Shown piece by piece: positions 1 to 9,125 of a DNA stretch of 44,910 bases (position 1 is the stretch's first letter; every line of letters begins with the position of its first letter). The position numbers and the translations under genes are program-made. Under the pieces are notes generated by a model. It worked only from the letters and a program-made list of their open reading frames with translations, had not been told where the DNA came from and did not search any database. The stretch is from the sequence record SRR22947725_1148; one strand, given 5' to 3'.

Positions 1-1245
1 ATAACTTAAGGTGTTATCCTTAATCGTAATTACCTGAAAAAACTGGGTTTGCTCCGCTGTTTTATCGGACCGATAACCATCGGCTTTATAGCTTTGAATT
101 TGTTTACGATCGAGCCCGTATTGCTTAGGACCCGAAACGGAAGTAACATAAACTGTCCCAAGTTCACTGTTCCCCTCCTTATCACTTGTGCGGACAGGAA
201 CATGTCCCCGGGCATAGGTATGATCATGCCCATTAAGCACAAGATCCACATTATACTTATCCAGCAGTGGCTTCCAATGGTCCCGTGCAAACTGAAAATT
301 TCTACCTTTAGCCGGAGAAAAAACGGAATGATGGCAAGTTACAATCTTCCACTTAGCTGGGCAGTTTTTTAGTTTTGCTTCGAGGTATTTTGTCTGTTGT
401 TCCAAATTATCGTTTGAATTCAGTACAACAACTCGAAGATCCTGGTAATCCACGGTATAAACCGTTTCATACAAGGATGGATCTAAACTTTTTTCCACAG
501 GTAGAGTGAATTGAGGACGCCATTGAATGGAAACTTTCTTCTTTCCTATCGGTAGTCTTGCAACAGGTGAAAACTCGTGATTCCCTACAGCAGGAATGGC
601 GGTCCATTGACTATGAATAAATCCACCAGCCTTAAACCATTGAGCCCACTCATGGTCACGATGAGCATTATTTACAAGATCACCTGCATGAATCGCGAAT
701 GAAGCATGGGGAACCGTTTGGTATGCCATGCGAATCACTCTTGACCAATGATCCAAGATATCGTTTTGAGCATCGCCGAAATATACAAATTGTATGGGAG
801 AGTAAGTTGACTTCGCCGTACGAAATTGAATCCATTCCGACCAATTTTTGGATCCATCGCCCACCCGATAAGCATAGAGAGTGTCTGGCTTTAATCCTTG
901 AAAACGAACACTATGATAATGAACGATCAATGAAGAGTTGCTTTTATATTGACCAAGATCGAAGGGTTCCGTTGTAGCAACGACCTCCTCTGCATCACTA
1001 GTAAACTTGGAATTTACCCCGGCTATCGCAATCTCAGCAACCGCCTTAGTGATGCTCTTATCCGTTCGCCAGGTTACGGCACGACAGGTTGCAGGATCGC
1101 CATGAAAAGTAAGTACTATACGATCCGGATCCACACTGGGTATTTCCCAGTGTTGAAGACCCTTGTGTGAATCGTGGGCAAGAACAGGTAAAAGGGCGTG
1201 CAAAAAGACTGCACCGAGGCAAAATAATATCTTTTTAATTTTCAT
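1..1245 (-). CDS. Secreted purple-acid-phosphatase-like metallophosphoesterase (N-terminal FN3-like domain + calcineurin-like domain); partial, 3' end runs off the window
   Basis: Not in the ORF track. Manual translation from ATG at 1245 is open to base 1: signal-like MKIKKILFCLGAVFLHALLPVLA, PAP N-domain motifs (AVTWRT, GLKPDTLYAYRVG, WSEWIQFRT), and metallophosphoesterase motifs GDAQ, GDLVN, GNHE, VTCHH, GHDH. Confidence 0.9.
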   Translation of the reverse strand, partial: MKIKKILFCLGAVFLHALLPVLAHDSHKGLQHWEIPSVDPDRIVLTFHGDPATCRAVTWRTDKSITKAVAEIAIAGVNSKFTSDAEEVVATTEPFDLGQYKSNSSLIVHYHSVRFQGLKPDTLYAYRVGDGSKNWSEWIQFRTAKSTYSPIQFVYFGDAQNDILDHWSRVIRMAYQTVPHASFAIHAGDLVNNAHRDHEWAQWFKAGGFIHSQWTAIPAVGNHEFSPVARLPIGKKKVSIQWRPQFTLPVEKSLDPSLYETVYTVDYQDLRVVVLNSNDNLEQQTKYLEAKLKNCPAKWKIVTCHHSVFSPAKGRNFQFARDHWKPLLDKYNVDLVLNGHDHTYARGHVPVRTSDKEGNSELGTVYVTSVSGPKQYGLDRKQIQSYKADGYRSDKTAEQTQFFQVITIKDNTLSY

Positions 1246-1257
1246 AAGATTGAATAG

Positions 1258-3885
1258 TTAGTAAGTTTTGAGATAAGCTACCATATCTGCGACATCCTGC
1301 TCGGACATGCCTAATTGATGGGCAGATAACATAAGAGAGTTTCGTACCGGTTGAATGTAATGAATTTCATGACTCGGAATCTTTTGGACTAAACCACCAG
1401 CACTACGAATGGTTAAAGGATCACTCTCGGAAGTTATGATACCATTGATTCTCCAAAAGTTTTTGCGTTCTTTCCAGTTGGGTTCAAGCGTGACCTCTTG
1501 GCTTTCGTAGCCATGCGCGATTCCAGCAGACGGATGAATGATTGCCCGGGCAATCTCCTCGATCGACCGACCTTGCCCCCACCCTTTCAGGTTAGGACCA
1601 AACTCCACCCCAACCTGATCAAACTGATGACAACTGTAGCAACGGGCCGCGGATATCTTTCCGCGTTTTATATCTCCCTTTAACTTAAGCACATTCGATA
1701 CCTTGAGCACACCCTCCTCTTTTTTCACTCCTGGTACTTGAACGAGTGGCTTTGGCTTTGAATCAATAATCTTCTGAGCTACCAAAAAATCCCGCACTGG
1801 ATGCTCTTTCCAACGATGTACCATTCCTTTTACAAGAAACTGTTTAGCCAGGTCTTTAACTCCTTCGTTTTTGGATTCCATAAAAACTTTTTTCATTCCC
1901 TCGAATGCATGCTTCGAACGATTCATGGCCAAGGAAGCAACCAACTCCATTCGGTGTTTATCAGACAAATCATCCATTAGCATTCGCTCAACCAAGTCTT
2001 CGATCATAGTATCCCCGTGTAACCGCCAAGCGAGGAGGTGAGCCTGCCTATCCCAGTCTTTGGGACTGGAGATTTCACGAAGTTTACAATAATCGGACCA
2101 TAGTTCATCTTCCGATCCATCCACAGCCAAACCAACGGATTCCAAATAAGTGCGATCCTCCAGCGAACCAACGGTAATGAGATCGAGCAAAACCTCTTTT
2201 TTTCTTTCATAGGCGAAATCCCGAAGATGGATCAGGGCAACACGCCGGACATGAGATGACTCATCCCTTCTGAGCTTTTGTATTAAATGAATGCCCAAGT
2301 TTTCCCGATCATATCGCAAGGCACTCCGCAATGCCGCCGTACGATACCGAAAGTCACTGGCACCCATCGTCGATACCACTTTCTCCAATTCAGCATGTCC
2401 TTCCTTGCCTAGATGAGGTAAAATCCAGATGGCTCGGCTAGCCAACCATGGGGATTTGCTGTTCAGTAATTTTTTTACCTTGGAAAAAGCAGACTGGCCT
2501 TGCGACTTTAGCTTTTGAAATCCATGAAACCGGACATTATGGGCCGGACTCACCAGCATCTCTTCTGCCGTTTTTGGAACCTGCTTACTGGATTTAAATC
2601 CCTTGGGTGCGATCCGGTAAATCTTACCTATATGTTTACGGTCGGCCGCACCGTGTCCACCAACGACAGGATCATACCAATCTGCGATATAAAGTACCCC
2701 ATCAGTCCCTACTAAAATATCTGAAAAAGCACCACATAATCGATCCTTTCCCTGCCGACTTATAAAAACTTCCCGTTCCAATTTGTACCCTGCCCCATCA
2801 GGTTTTGGAACATAACGAAAAATCTGCCGTTTAGCGGGTTCGCAGGAGAAGAGAGAACCTTCATATCTTTTAGGCAAGGAACCGTTCTCATAGTAAGTGA
2901 TTCCCGTCGGAGAACCACTTCCATAAACATCGCCTGGTGGAAAACTTCCCGGCAAATGGGTTCGCCACTCCGCTTCGGCGGTGGTTTGGCCAGCAATACG
3001 ATCCGCTGACCATCCAAATTTTCCATCTTCCGAGCAAAAGCCAAAAAAAGCACCCTCTGGAACAAAACTTGTCCGACAGGCTGGTGGATCATCATTATCA
3101 TTTTGGAACATGTCCCCAAACGAAGTGAAAATTTGCTCGTAGCTATTTCGATAGCCATGACCGACAATCTCCATGCCGGTACCATCAGGATTGATCCGAC
3201 CCGTAAAACCGGACACCCAAACATGCCCGTCATCACTTCTTTTTCCTGCGAAAGTCGTTGGGTCTAGATTCCACCCGACCTGAGGCCCACCTTTGTTGTA
3301 GTAAAAACTACCAATATAAAAAGTTCGACCGTCCCCATCGGTTATTTTAGCCCCGCAATTTCCTTGGTTAAAATATAATTTACCATCCGGCCCACCAATT
3401 ACTGAGTGAGTGGAATGATCATGATTACTACCAGTAAAGCCGGTAAGAAAGATTTCTTTTTTGTCCCCTTTGTCGAAAACTAAGTTTCGGTTCACATCGA
3501 TGTATTTAATAATGTGCGGGGTCTGGGATACATAGATCACATTATCGATCACCCCGATCCCCATGGGTGCGACCAGTTCGGGGTCTTGAATAAAAACAGT
3601 AGATTTATCCGCTATTCCATCCAAATTGGTATCCTCCAAAACGACCACACGGTCGCCCTCTTTTCGGGTACTACTCCTACGATAATTTACTCCCTCCATA
3701 ACCCAAATCCGACCGGCAGCATCCACATCCATGTTTGTCGGATTATACAAAAGCGGAGATTCTGCCCACAAGGTGACTTCCAGCTCGGGATCTTGTAACC
3801 GAAAATCATTGATGACCACTTGTCCAAAAACGGAAATGACCAGAATAGGAAAGAGAAAGAATATAAATGATATGGGAGAATGCAT
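1258..3885 (-). CDS. PVC-type heme-binding CxxCH protein (membrane-bound-dehydrogenase-like beta-propeller + HEAT-like repeats + C-terminal cytochrome c)
   Basis: Propeller motifs (LWAESPLLYNPTNMDVDAAGRIWV, VLEDTNLDGIADKSTVF, GPDGKLYFNQGN, GYRNSYE, GTDGVLYIADWYD), a helical middle region, then CYSCH...FGPNL...IIHPSAGIAHGY...SLM. The start is placed at ATG 3885 (MHSPISFIFF, signal-like) rather than TTG 3942. Confidence 0.88.
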   Translation of the reverse strand: MHSPISFIFFLFPILVISVFGQVVINDFRLQDPELEVTLWAESPLLYNPTNMDVDAAGRIWVMEGVNYRRSSTRKEGDRVVVLEDTNLDGIADKSTVFIQDPELVAPMGIGVIDNVIYVSQTPHIIKYIDVNRNLVFDKGDKKEIFLTGFTGSNHDHSTHSVIGGPDGKLYFNQGNCGAKITDGDGRTFYIGSFYYNKGGPQVGWNLDPTTFAGKRSDDGHVWVSGFTGRINPDGTGMEIVGHGYRNSYEQIFTSFGDMFQNDNDDPPACRTSFVPEGAFFGFCSEDGKFGWSADRIAGQTTAEAEWRTHLPGSFPPGDVYGSGSPTGITYYENGSLPKRYEGSLFSCEPAKRQIFRYVPKPDGAGYKLEREVFISRQGKDRLCGAFSDILVGTDGVLYIADWYDPVVGGHGAADRKHIGKIYRIAPKGFKSSKQVPKTAEEMLVSPAHNVRFHGFQKLKSQGQSAFSKVKKLLNSKSPWLASRAIWILPHLGKEGHAELEKVVSTMGASDFRYRTAALRSALRYDRENLGIHLIQKLRRDESSHVRRVALIHLRDFAYERKKEVLLDLITVGSLEDRTYLESVGLAVDGSEDELWSDYCKLREISSPKDWDRQAHLLAWRLHGDTMIEDLVERMLMDDLSDKHRMELVASLAMNRSKHAFEGMKKVFMESKNEGVKDLAKQFLVKGMVHRWKEHPVRDFLVAQKIIDSKPKPLVQVPGVKKEEGVLKVSNVLKLKGDIKRGKISAARCYSCHQFDQVGVEFGPNLKGWGQGRSIEEIARAIIHPSAGIAHGYESQEVTLEPNWKERKNFWRINGIITSESDPLTIRSAGGLVQKIPSHEIHYIQPVRNSLMLSAHQLGMSEQDVADMVAYLKTY

Positions 3886-3962
3886 GATGGGATTATAAAT
3901 AAGGCTATCGAAGAGATTATTTAGAACAATATTGAAGAGCAAAAGCTGCTCGAACTAATTGT

Positions 3963-5411
3963 CTATGCAATTAGATCTTTCACCACATGACCGTGTACAT
4001 CGGTCAGGCGGTAGTCGCGTCCCTGAAAACGATAGGTCAATTGTTCATGATCAAAGCCAAGCAGATGCATCCATGTAGCCTGAAGGTCGTGAACATGTAC
4101 CGGATCTTTGGTGATACTGAATCCAAGTTCGTCCGATTCGCCATGAACATGACCACCTTTTACTCCTCCTCCGGCCATAATCATGGTGTAACAATCCGGG
4201 AAGTGATCGCGCCCCAATACTTTACCTTTTGAAGTGCGGCCTTCACGAAATGGAGTGCGACCAAATTCGCCACCTATGATAATTAATGTCTCATCAAACA
4301 ACCCACGTTCCTTTAAGTCCTGAATAAGTGCGGATATCGGCTTATCCATTGTGGCACATTTCCGGGTCAAGCCATCCCGAATATCCTCCTTTGGATTGGT
4401 CCCATGATAGTCCCAACCCCAGTCAAACAACTGTACGAACCGAACGCCCTTTTCAGCAAGCCTGCGTGCCAGTAAACAATTATTCCCAAGGCTGGCACCA
4501 CCCACTTCAGCACCATAGGCGTCCAAGGTCTTTTGAGACTCATTGGAAATATCCATCACATCGGGAACGGAAGCCTGCATCCGATAAGCTAATTCGTACT
4601 GAGCGATGCGCGTGAGGGTTTCAGGGTGAGCAAAATCTTCCGCCGCTTTTTGATTCAAATCCCGTAAGGCGTCCAAACTTGCTCGCCTAAGACTGCGATC
4701 CATACCCGGAGGATTAGAAACGTATAGAACAGGATCACCTTTTGAACGACACTGAACGCCTTGATAGACTGAAGGAATAAACCCAGCACTAAATGAATTC
4801 TTTCCACCATTTGGCTGAGTTCCACTGGATATCAAAACAACATAGCCTGGAAGATCCTGATTCTCCGAACCTAATCCGTAAGTCGTCCAAGCACCAAAAG
4901 AAGGACGCCCTGGTTGAGGGAAACCAGTATGCACAAATAATTCTGCCGGTGCATGATTAAATTGATCGGTGTGCATGGATTTAATCACACAAAGGTCATC
5001 GGCATGCTGATGCAAATGAGGAATTGCATCTGACATCCACATACCAGACTTTCCATGCTGAGAAAATGTACGCGGTGTGCCCATTAACTTGGGAGTACCT
5101 GAAGTGAATGCGAATTGTTTACCCTTAATGAACTCATCTGGGCATTCTTGATCGGTACGTTTTACAAGTTCTGGTTTATAATCCCATAAATCCAAATGGG
5201 GTGGAGAACCGGTCAGGTGGATATAAATCACTCTCTTTGCTTTGGAACTAAAATGTGATTTACGAGGGAGCAATGGGTTTTCGGGAGCTTTTAACCCAAA
5301 GGCATCAGGGGAAAGAAGTTGAGCCAATGCACCAGACCCTAAGCCTACACCACAATTTTTTAAGAAATGGCGACGAGTGTTAAGTTGAATTTGTTCAAAT
5401 GCGGGATTCAT
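3963..5411 (-). CDS. DUF1501 family protein (alkaline phosphatase/sulfatase-like fold), Tat-type N-terminus
   Basis: TRRHFL twin-arginine motif; AKRVIYIHLTGSPPHLDLWDYKP, FNHAPA, CLLARRLAEKGVRFVQL, WDYH, GEFGRTP, GRDH, LTYRFQGRDYRLTDVHG. Lies directly downstream of a PSD1 gene, the usual pairing. Confidence 0.93.
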   Translation of the reverse strand: MNPAFEQIQLNTRRHFLKNCGVGLGSGALAQLLSPDAFGLKAPENPLLPRKSHFSSKAKRVIYIHLTGSPPHLDLWDYKPELVKRTDQECPDEFIKGKQFAFTSGTPKLMGTPRTFSQHGKSGMWMSDAIPHLHQHADDLCVIKSMHTDQFNHAPAELFVHTGFPQPGRPSFGAWTTYGLGSENQDLPGYVVLISSGTQPNGGKNSFSAGFIPSVYQGVQCRSKGDPVLYVSNPPGMDRSLRRASLDALRDLNQKAAEDFAHPETLTRIAQYELAYRMQASVPDVMDISNESQKTLDAYGAEVGGASLGNNCLLARRLAEKGVRFVQLFDWGWDYHGTNPKEDIRDGLTRKCATMDKPISALIQDLKERGLFDETLIIIGGEFGRTPFREGRTSKGKVLGRDHFPDCYTMIMAGGGVKGGHVHGESDELGFSITKDPVHVHDLQATWMHLLGFDHEQLTYRFQGRDYRLTDVHGHVVKDLIA

Positions 5412-5436
5412 AAATAAAGTGTTATGAGGGTATTGC

Positions 5437-8400
5437 TTATCTTTTCATCATCATCTCATCGAGATTAAGAAGTACATTGCCAGTTACGGTTAGTGCGGCC
5501 AGGTCAACGACATTAAAATCTTTGGGAGCAGGGCCAATCGGATCCGTGGCCATTTTGGTGGCAAGTCCACCGTCATTGAGGTAACGCTTTTTGACTTGGT
5601 GAAATAATGCAAGTAAGCGATCGAGTTCTGGCTTTTGGGGTTCTCGTGACAGGCAAATTTTAAAGCCATTACTAATTTGTTTTTCCAAAGAACTAGCAGA
5701 CTTGATCATAATTCGGGCCAATGACTGAGCAGCCTCTACATATACCGGGTCATTCATGGTGACCAAGGCTTGCAGTGGAGTATTAGTAGTGCCACGACGG
5801 ACCGTACAAACCTCTCGGTTAGGCGCATCAAAAGTGGCCATCGAAGGATAAGGGTTGGAGCGTCGCCAATTGGTATATATTCCTCTTCGAAAACGATCTT
5901 CCCCTTCGCTGGTCTTCCAATCAATCCCTCCGCCGAATGCGGCTTTGATGCCCATATCGGGTTGCGGTGGACGAACAGGGGGGCCAAACATTTTTTTGCT
6001 TAGCAATCCAGAAACCGCAAGTGCCTGATCTCGAACCATCTCCGCTGAAAGCCGAACTCGGGGGCCTCGGGCAAGTAATCGATTCGCAGGATCGTTTGCA
6101 GCCATTTCATCCGCGACATGAGAGGACTGTCGATAGGCTTTCGAAGTAACCAGCAACTTGATAAACGCTTTCATATCCCACTCCATTCGAACAAATTCAG
6201 TGGCGAGCCAGTCCAGTAATTGCGGATGGGATGGCAGTTCGCCCTGCGAACCAAATTCCTCACTGGTTGAAACTAATCCTACACCAAAAATCTTTTCCCA
6301 AAACCGGTTGGCGGAAACCCGGGCAGTGAGTGGGTTTTTTTCGTTGATTATCCATTTTGCTAAATCCAAACGAGTAGGATTGGCGACGCCCTTCAAGGCT
6401 GGAGTCAGGGAAGAAGGAAAACCCGCTTTTACCAGAGGACCATGACTGAGGTATGATCCTCGTAGATGAACAAATGTCTTTCTTTGATTTGCATCGGCTA
6501 CTGCCTTGAGAACGGGTACCGTTGTATGCGGTTTAATCCTGCTAACCTTTTTGCGAAGTGTTGCAATTTGAGTGGTAATTTTTTTGGCTTCTGCTCCATT
6601 CTTTAGAAAGTAACTCATGATCTCCTTTTCCTGAATTGAAGTTCTGGCTGAAGGATTAATATTGAGAATGTTTTTTATTTTTCCTGGAATTGCTGGAGCT
6701 GGATTTGAGTTACCGGTTACAGAAATACGAAACTTCCCAATCGCATGATTAGGATAATTTTGAACAAGGCGAATTTCAATTTGCCCGCCTGCAACAGGTT
6801 TATCCGTAATAAATACAGCTGAATGGTTTCGGCCTTGCCCACCTGCTATGGCCCAGCCCGAATTTTGCTTAAAATCACCATCGATCGCTTTAAAAGCTTC
6901 AAATTCCCCCTGTTCAAAAGTGGCACTGGCTTTCACAAATTGAGCGACTTGCGCACCGTCCAAAGATTCAGCCGTTTCCTTTTTGGGTGCTTTGCTAAAT
7001 GTCTTCTCCCAAACAATCTCACGATCAGAATTAAGCACCTGTAAACGAAAGCCATCCAAGCGAGGTTGTAATCCACTATCCGTACGATTCCAAACAACAA
7101 GCTTGGTTAGGTCATATTCTTTTCTTAAGTCAACCTCCCACCACGCTTCCGCATCCCCATTTGCATTGTGAGTTACACTTTTCGAATTATGGAAATCACC
7201 CTCTGTATTTCCATCAATCGCAAGTTTTGCAAAACCTCCATAACCAGTGGTGCTCTGTTTTGCATTACCTTTAAGTGCGACATTCTCCTGCCCAACAAAT
7301 GCCTGCACCTCGGCCACATGAAGAATACGATCCTTACCGGGTAATTCAATCCTCACAAACTGTCCCGTCTTGGCCAAACTTTGAGATCCTCCCCTACCCA
7401 TTGAATTCAAAATAATTTCATTCAAAACCAAATTATGGTTTCTAGCCGGTCCCTTTTCATTCAAGGAAACATCCGTTAAAAGCTCCAATCGGAGAGCGTA
7501 TATTTTGTCTAAGGTCGTCTGTAGTCTAAGTTGATAATCATCGATTACTTTCTTTACTCCAGAAGCTAAAACAGATCCATCCGCCGCTATGTCAAGATTC
7601 GCCCCCGAAGTCGCCTTGGCTTGAGTAGGGACTAAAACTTCCCACTTAGTGTCGCTTAAAGTTTTTTCCCAAGACGACAGTTCCCCCTTTAGTTTTGTGT
7701 TTCTGTAGGGGGATTTAAGTGAGTTTTCTAATTGACTGATTTCATTCTCTAAATTCGTAATTTGCTTTTTCTGAGTATCACTAAAAACACTATGGGTTGG
7801 CTGTTCGTTACGTTTATCGGAATCCTGCGTTTGATTAAAAATATCAAAAATCTGAAAATATTCTTTATGGGTAATCGGGTCATACTTATGAGTATGACAC
7901 TGAGCACAGGCCATGGTTGTTCCCATCCAGGTGGCAAAGGTTGTGTTTACTCGGTCGACAACTGCGACATTCCGAAATTCCTCATCGTTCGTTCCCCCTT
8001 CGTTATTGGTCTGGGTATTTCTATGAAAGGCGGTGGCAATGATTTGCTGTTCGGTCGGCTCAGAAAGTAAGTCACCAGCCAGCTGTTCAATTGTAAACTG
8101 GTCAAAGGGTAAGTTTTGGTTGAAAGCTTTTATCACATAATCGCGAAAGGCCCAAATCGTACGGGCACGATCATCTGCATACCCGGCCGAATCAGCGTAG
8201 CGTGCAAGATCCAACCACATTCTTGCCCAGTGTTCCCCAAACTCCGGACGAACCATCAGCCCATCGACAAAATTTTGATAAGCTTCCGCACTTTTATTTC
8301 CCAAAAAAGCATTTAATTCATCGATCGATGGTGGTAATCCAATCAAATCCAAGGATACACGACGAGCTAGGGTTCTTCGATCAGCCTGGTGGCTAAAGGT

Positions 8401-8859
8401 AAGTCCCTCCTTCTGTAGACGATCGGAAATAAAGTGGTCGATAGGATGTATCCCATTCGGTACTTCAGTACGGTGCGGTTTTTTGTACGACCAATGCTTA
8501 TCGTATTCCGCTCCCTGTGCGACCCATTTTTCAAGTAAAGCAACCTCTTGATCGGTAATGGGCTTACCCTTACCCTTAGGAGGCATGACCTCCTCGTCAT
8601 CTGCTGGCAAACTGATCCGGAAGATCATTTCACTCTCCTTCGGATCACCGGGCACGATGGCAGAATATCCGTCTAAATCTCTTGTTGCACCGTCAAAAGT
8701 ATCAAGTCTCAATCCGGCTTCACGATTTTCCTCATCCGGCCCGTGACAGGCAATACAACGATTCGAAAGGAGAGATTTGATTTGAGTATTAAAATCAATC
8801 CTTTCTTCTGCAAAAAGGGAGAGTGGCAGTATAAAAGTAAGGAATAAAATTAAACGCAT
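5437..8859 (-). CDS. PSD1 and planctomycete cytochrome c domain protein (PSCyt1 + DUF1549 + DUF1553) with inserted F-type lectin/discoidin domain
   Basis: Signal peptide; CIACH (PSCyt1); GEHWARMWLDLARYADS and CAQCHTHKYDPI (DUF1549); NPLTARVSANRFW, PSHPQLLDWLA, RLSAEMVRDQAL, TNTPLQAL (DUF1553); central NVAL...AIDGN...TH...WWEVDL...NRTD segment. Confidence 0.93.
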   Translation of the reverse strand: MRLILFLTFILPLSLFAEERIDFNTQIKSLLSNRCIACHGPDEENREAGLRLDTFDGATRDLDGYSAIVPGDPKESEMIFRISLPADDEEVMPPKGKGKPITDQEVALLEKWVAQGAEYDKHWSYKKPHRTEVPNGIHPIDHFISDRLQKEGLTFSHQADRRTLARRVSLDLIGLPPSIDELNAFLGNKSAEAYQNFVDGLMVRPEFGEHWARMWLDLARYADSAGYADDRARTIWAFRDYVIKAFNQNLPFDQFTIEQLAGDLLSEPTEQQIIATAFHRNTQTNNEGGTNDEEFRNVAVVDRVNTTFATWMGTTMACAQCHTHKYDPITHKEYFQIFDIFNQTQDSDKRNEQPTHSVFSDTQKKQITNLENEISQLENSLKSPYRNTKLKGELSSWEKTLSDTKWEVLVPTQAKATSGANLDIAADGSVLASGVKKVIDDYQLRLQTTLDKIYALRLELLTDVSLNEKGPARNHNLVLNEIILNSMGRGGSQSLAKTGQFVRIELPGKDRILHVAEVQAFVGQENVALKGNAKQSTTGYGGFAKLAIDGNTEGDFHNSKSVTHNANGDAEAWWEVDLRKEYDLTKLVVWNRTDSGLQPRLDGFRLQVLNSDREIVWEKTFSKAPKKETAESLDGAQVAQFVKASATFEQGEFEAFKAIDGDFKQNSGWAIAGGQGRNHSAVFITDKPVAGGQIEIRLVQNYPNHAIGKFRISVTGNSNPAPAIPGKIKNILNINPSARTSIQEKEIMSYFLKNGAEAKKITTQIATLRKKVSRIKPHTTVPVLKAVADANQRKTFVHLRGSYLSHGPLVKAGFPSSLTPALKGVANPTRLDLAKWIINEKNPLTARVSANRFWEKIFGVGLVSTSEEFGSQGELPSHPQLLDWLATEFVRMEWDMKAFIKLLVTSKAYRQSSHVADEMAANDPANRLLARGPRVRLSAEMVRDQALAVSGLLSKKMFGPPVRPPQPDMGIKAAFGGGIDWKTSEGEDRFRRGIYTNWRRSNPYPSMATFDAPNREVCTVRRGTTNTPLQALVTMNDPVYVEAAQSLARIMIKSASSLEKQISNGFKICLSREPQKPELDRLLALFHQVKKRYLNDGGLATKMATDPIGPAPKDFNVVDLAALTVTGNVLLNLDEMMMKR

Positions 8860-8892
8860 GAGATATCTTGTCTGTCAAACTTATACAATATC

Positions 8893-8920
8893 TTAGACCG
8901 AGCAACTTAAGACATTTTCA
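8893..8920 (-). promoter_or_regulatory. Possible ECF-sigma-type promoter for the PSD1-DUF1501 genes
   Basis: Minus strand reads TGAAAA-N16-GTCTAA, ending 33 nt upstream of the ATG at 8859. It resembles the general ECF -35/-10 layout; resemblance only. Confidence 0.25.
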
Positions 8921-9125
8921 TAGTTTACTAATGGGGTGATGAAGCCTTGCGGGTAAATCATATTATAATAGTTAAAAATTAGGGATCGTTAATATATAAT
9001 GAAATATAGAAAGTATTTATTTCACAAAAGTTCATCCTAACATATTAATTTGTCTCTTGTATTGTAAATTCTAGCTCTAATCTTGTAAAACTCTGTAATG
9101 ATAAATTAAAACGCCTGAGGGCAAT

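Noticed and set aside
30-1170. Short ORFs 30-290, 49-372, 699-977 and 949-1170
   Set aside because: They are shadows of the 1-1245 minus-strand phosphoesterase frame, which carries clear family motifs.
2760-3236. 158-aa alternative-frame ORF inside the heme propeller gene (and the many other 60-112 aa overlapping ORFs in the track)
   Set aside because: No recognisable motifs, and all are nested in or overlap well-supported CDSs.
3937-3951. GAGCA-AAAGC-TGCTC hairpin after DUF1501
   Set aside because: Only a 5-bp stem with no good U-tract, too weak to call a terminator.
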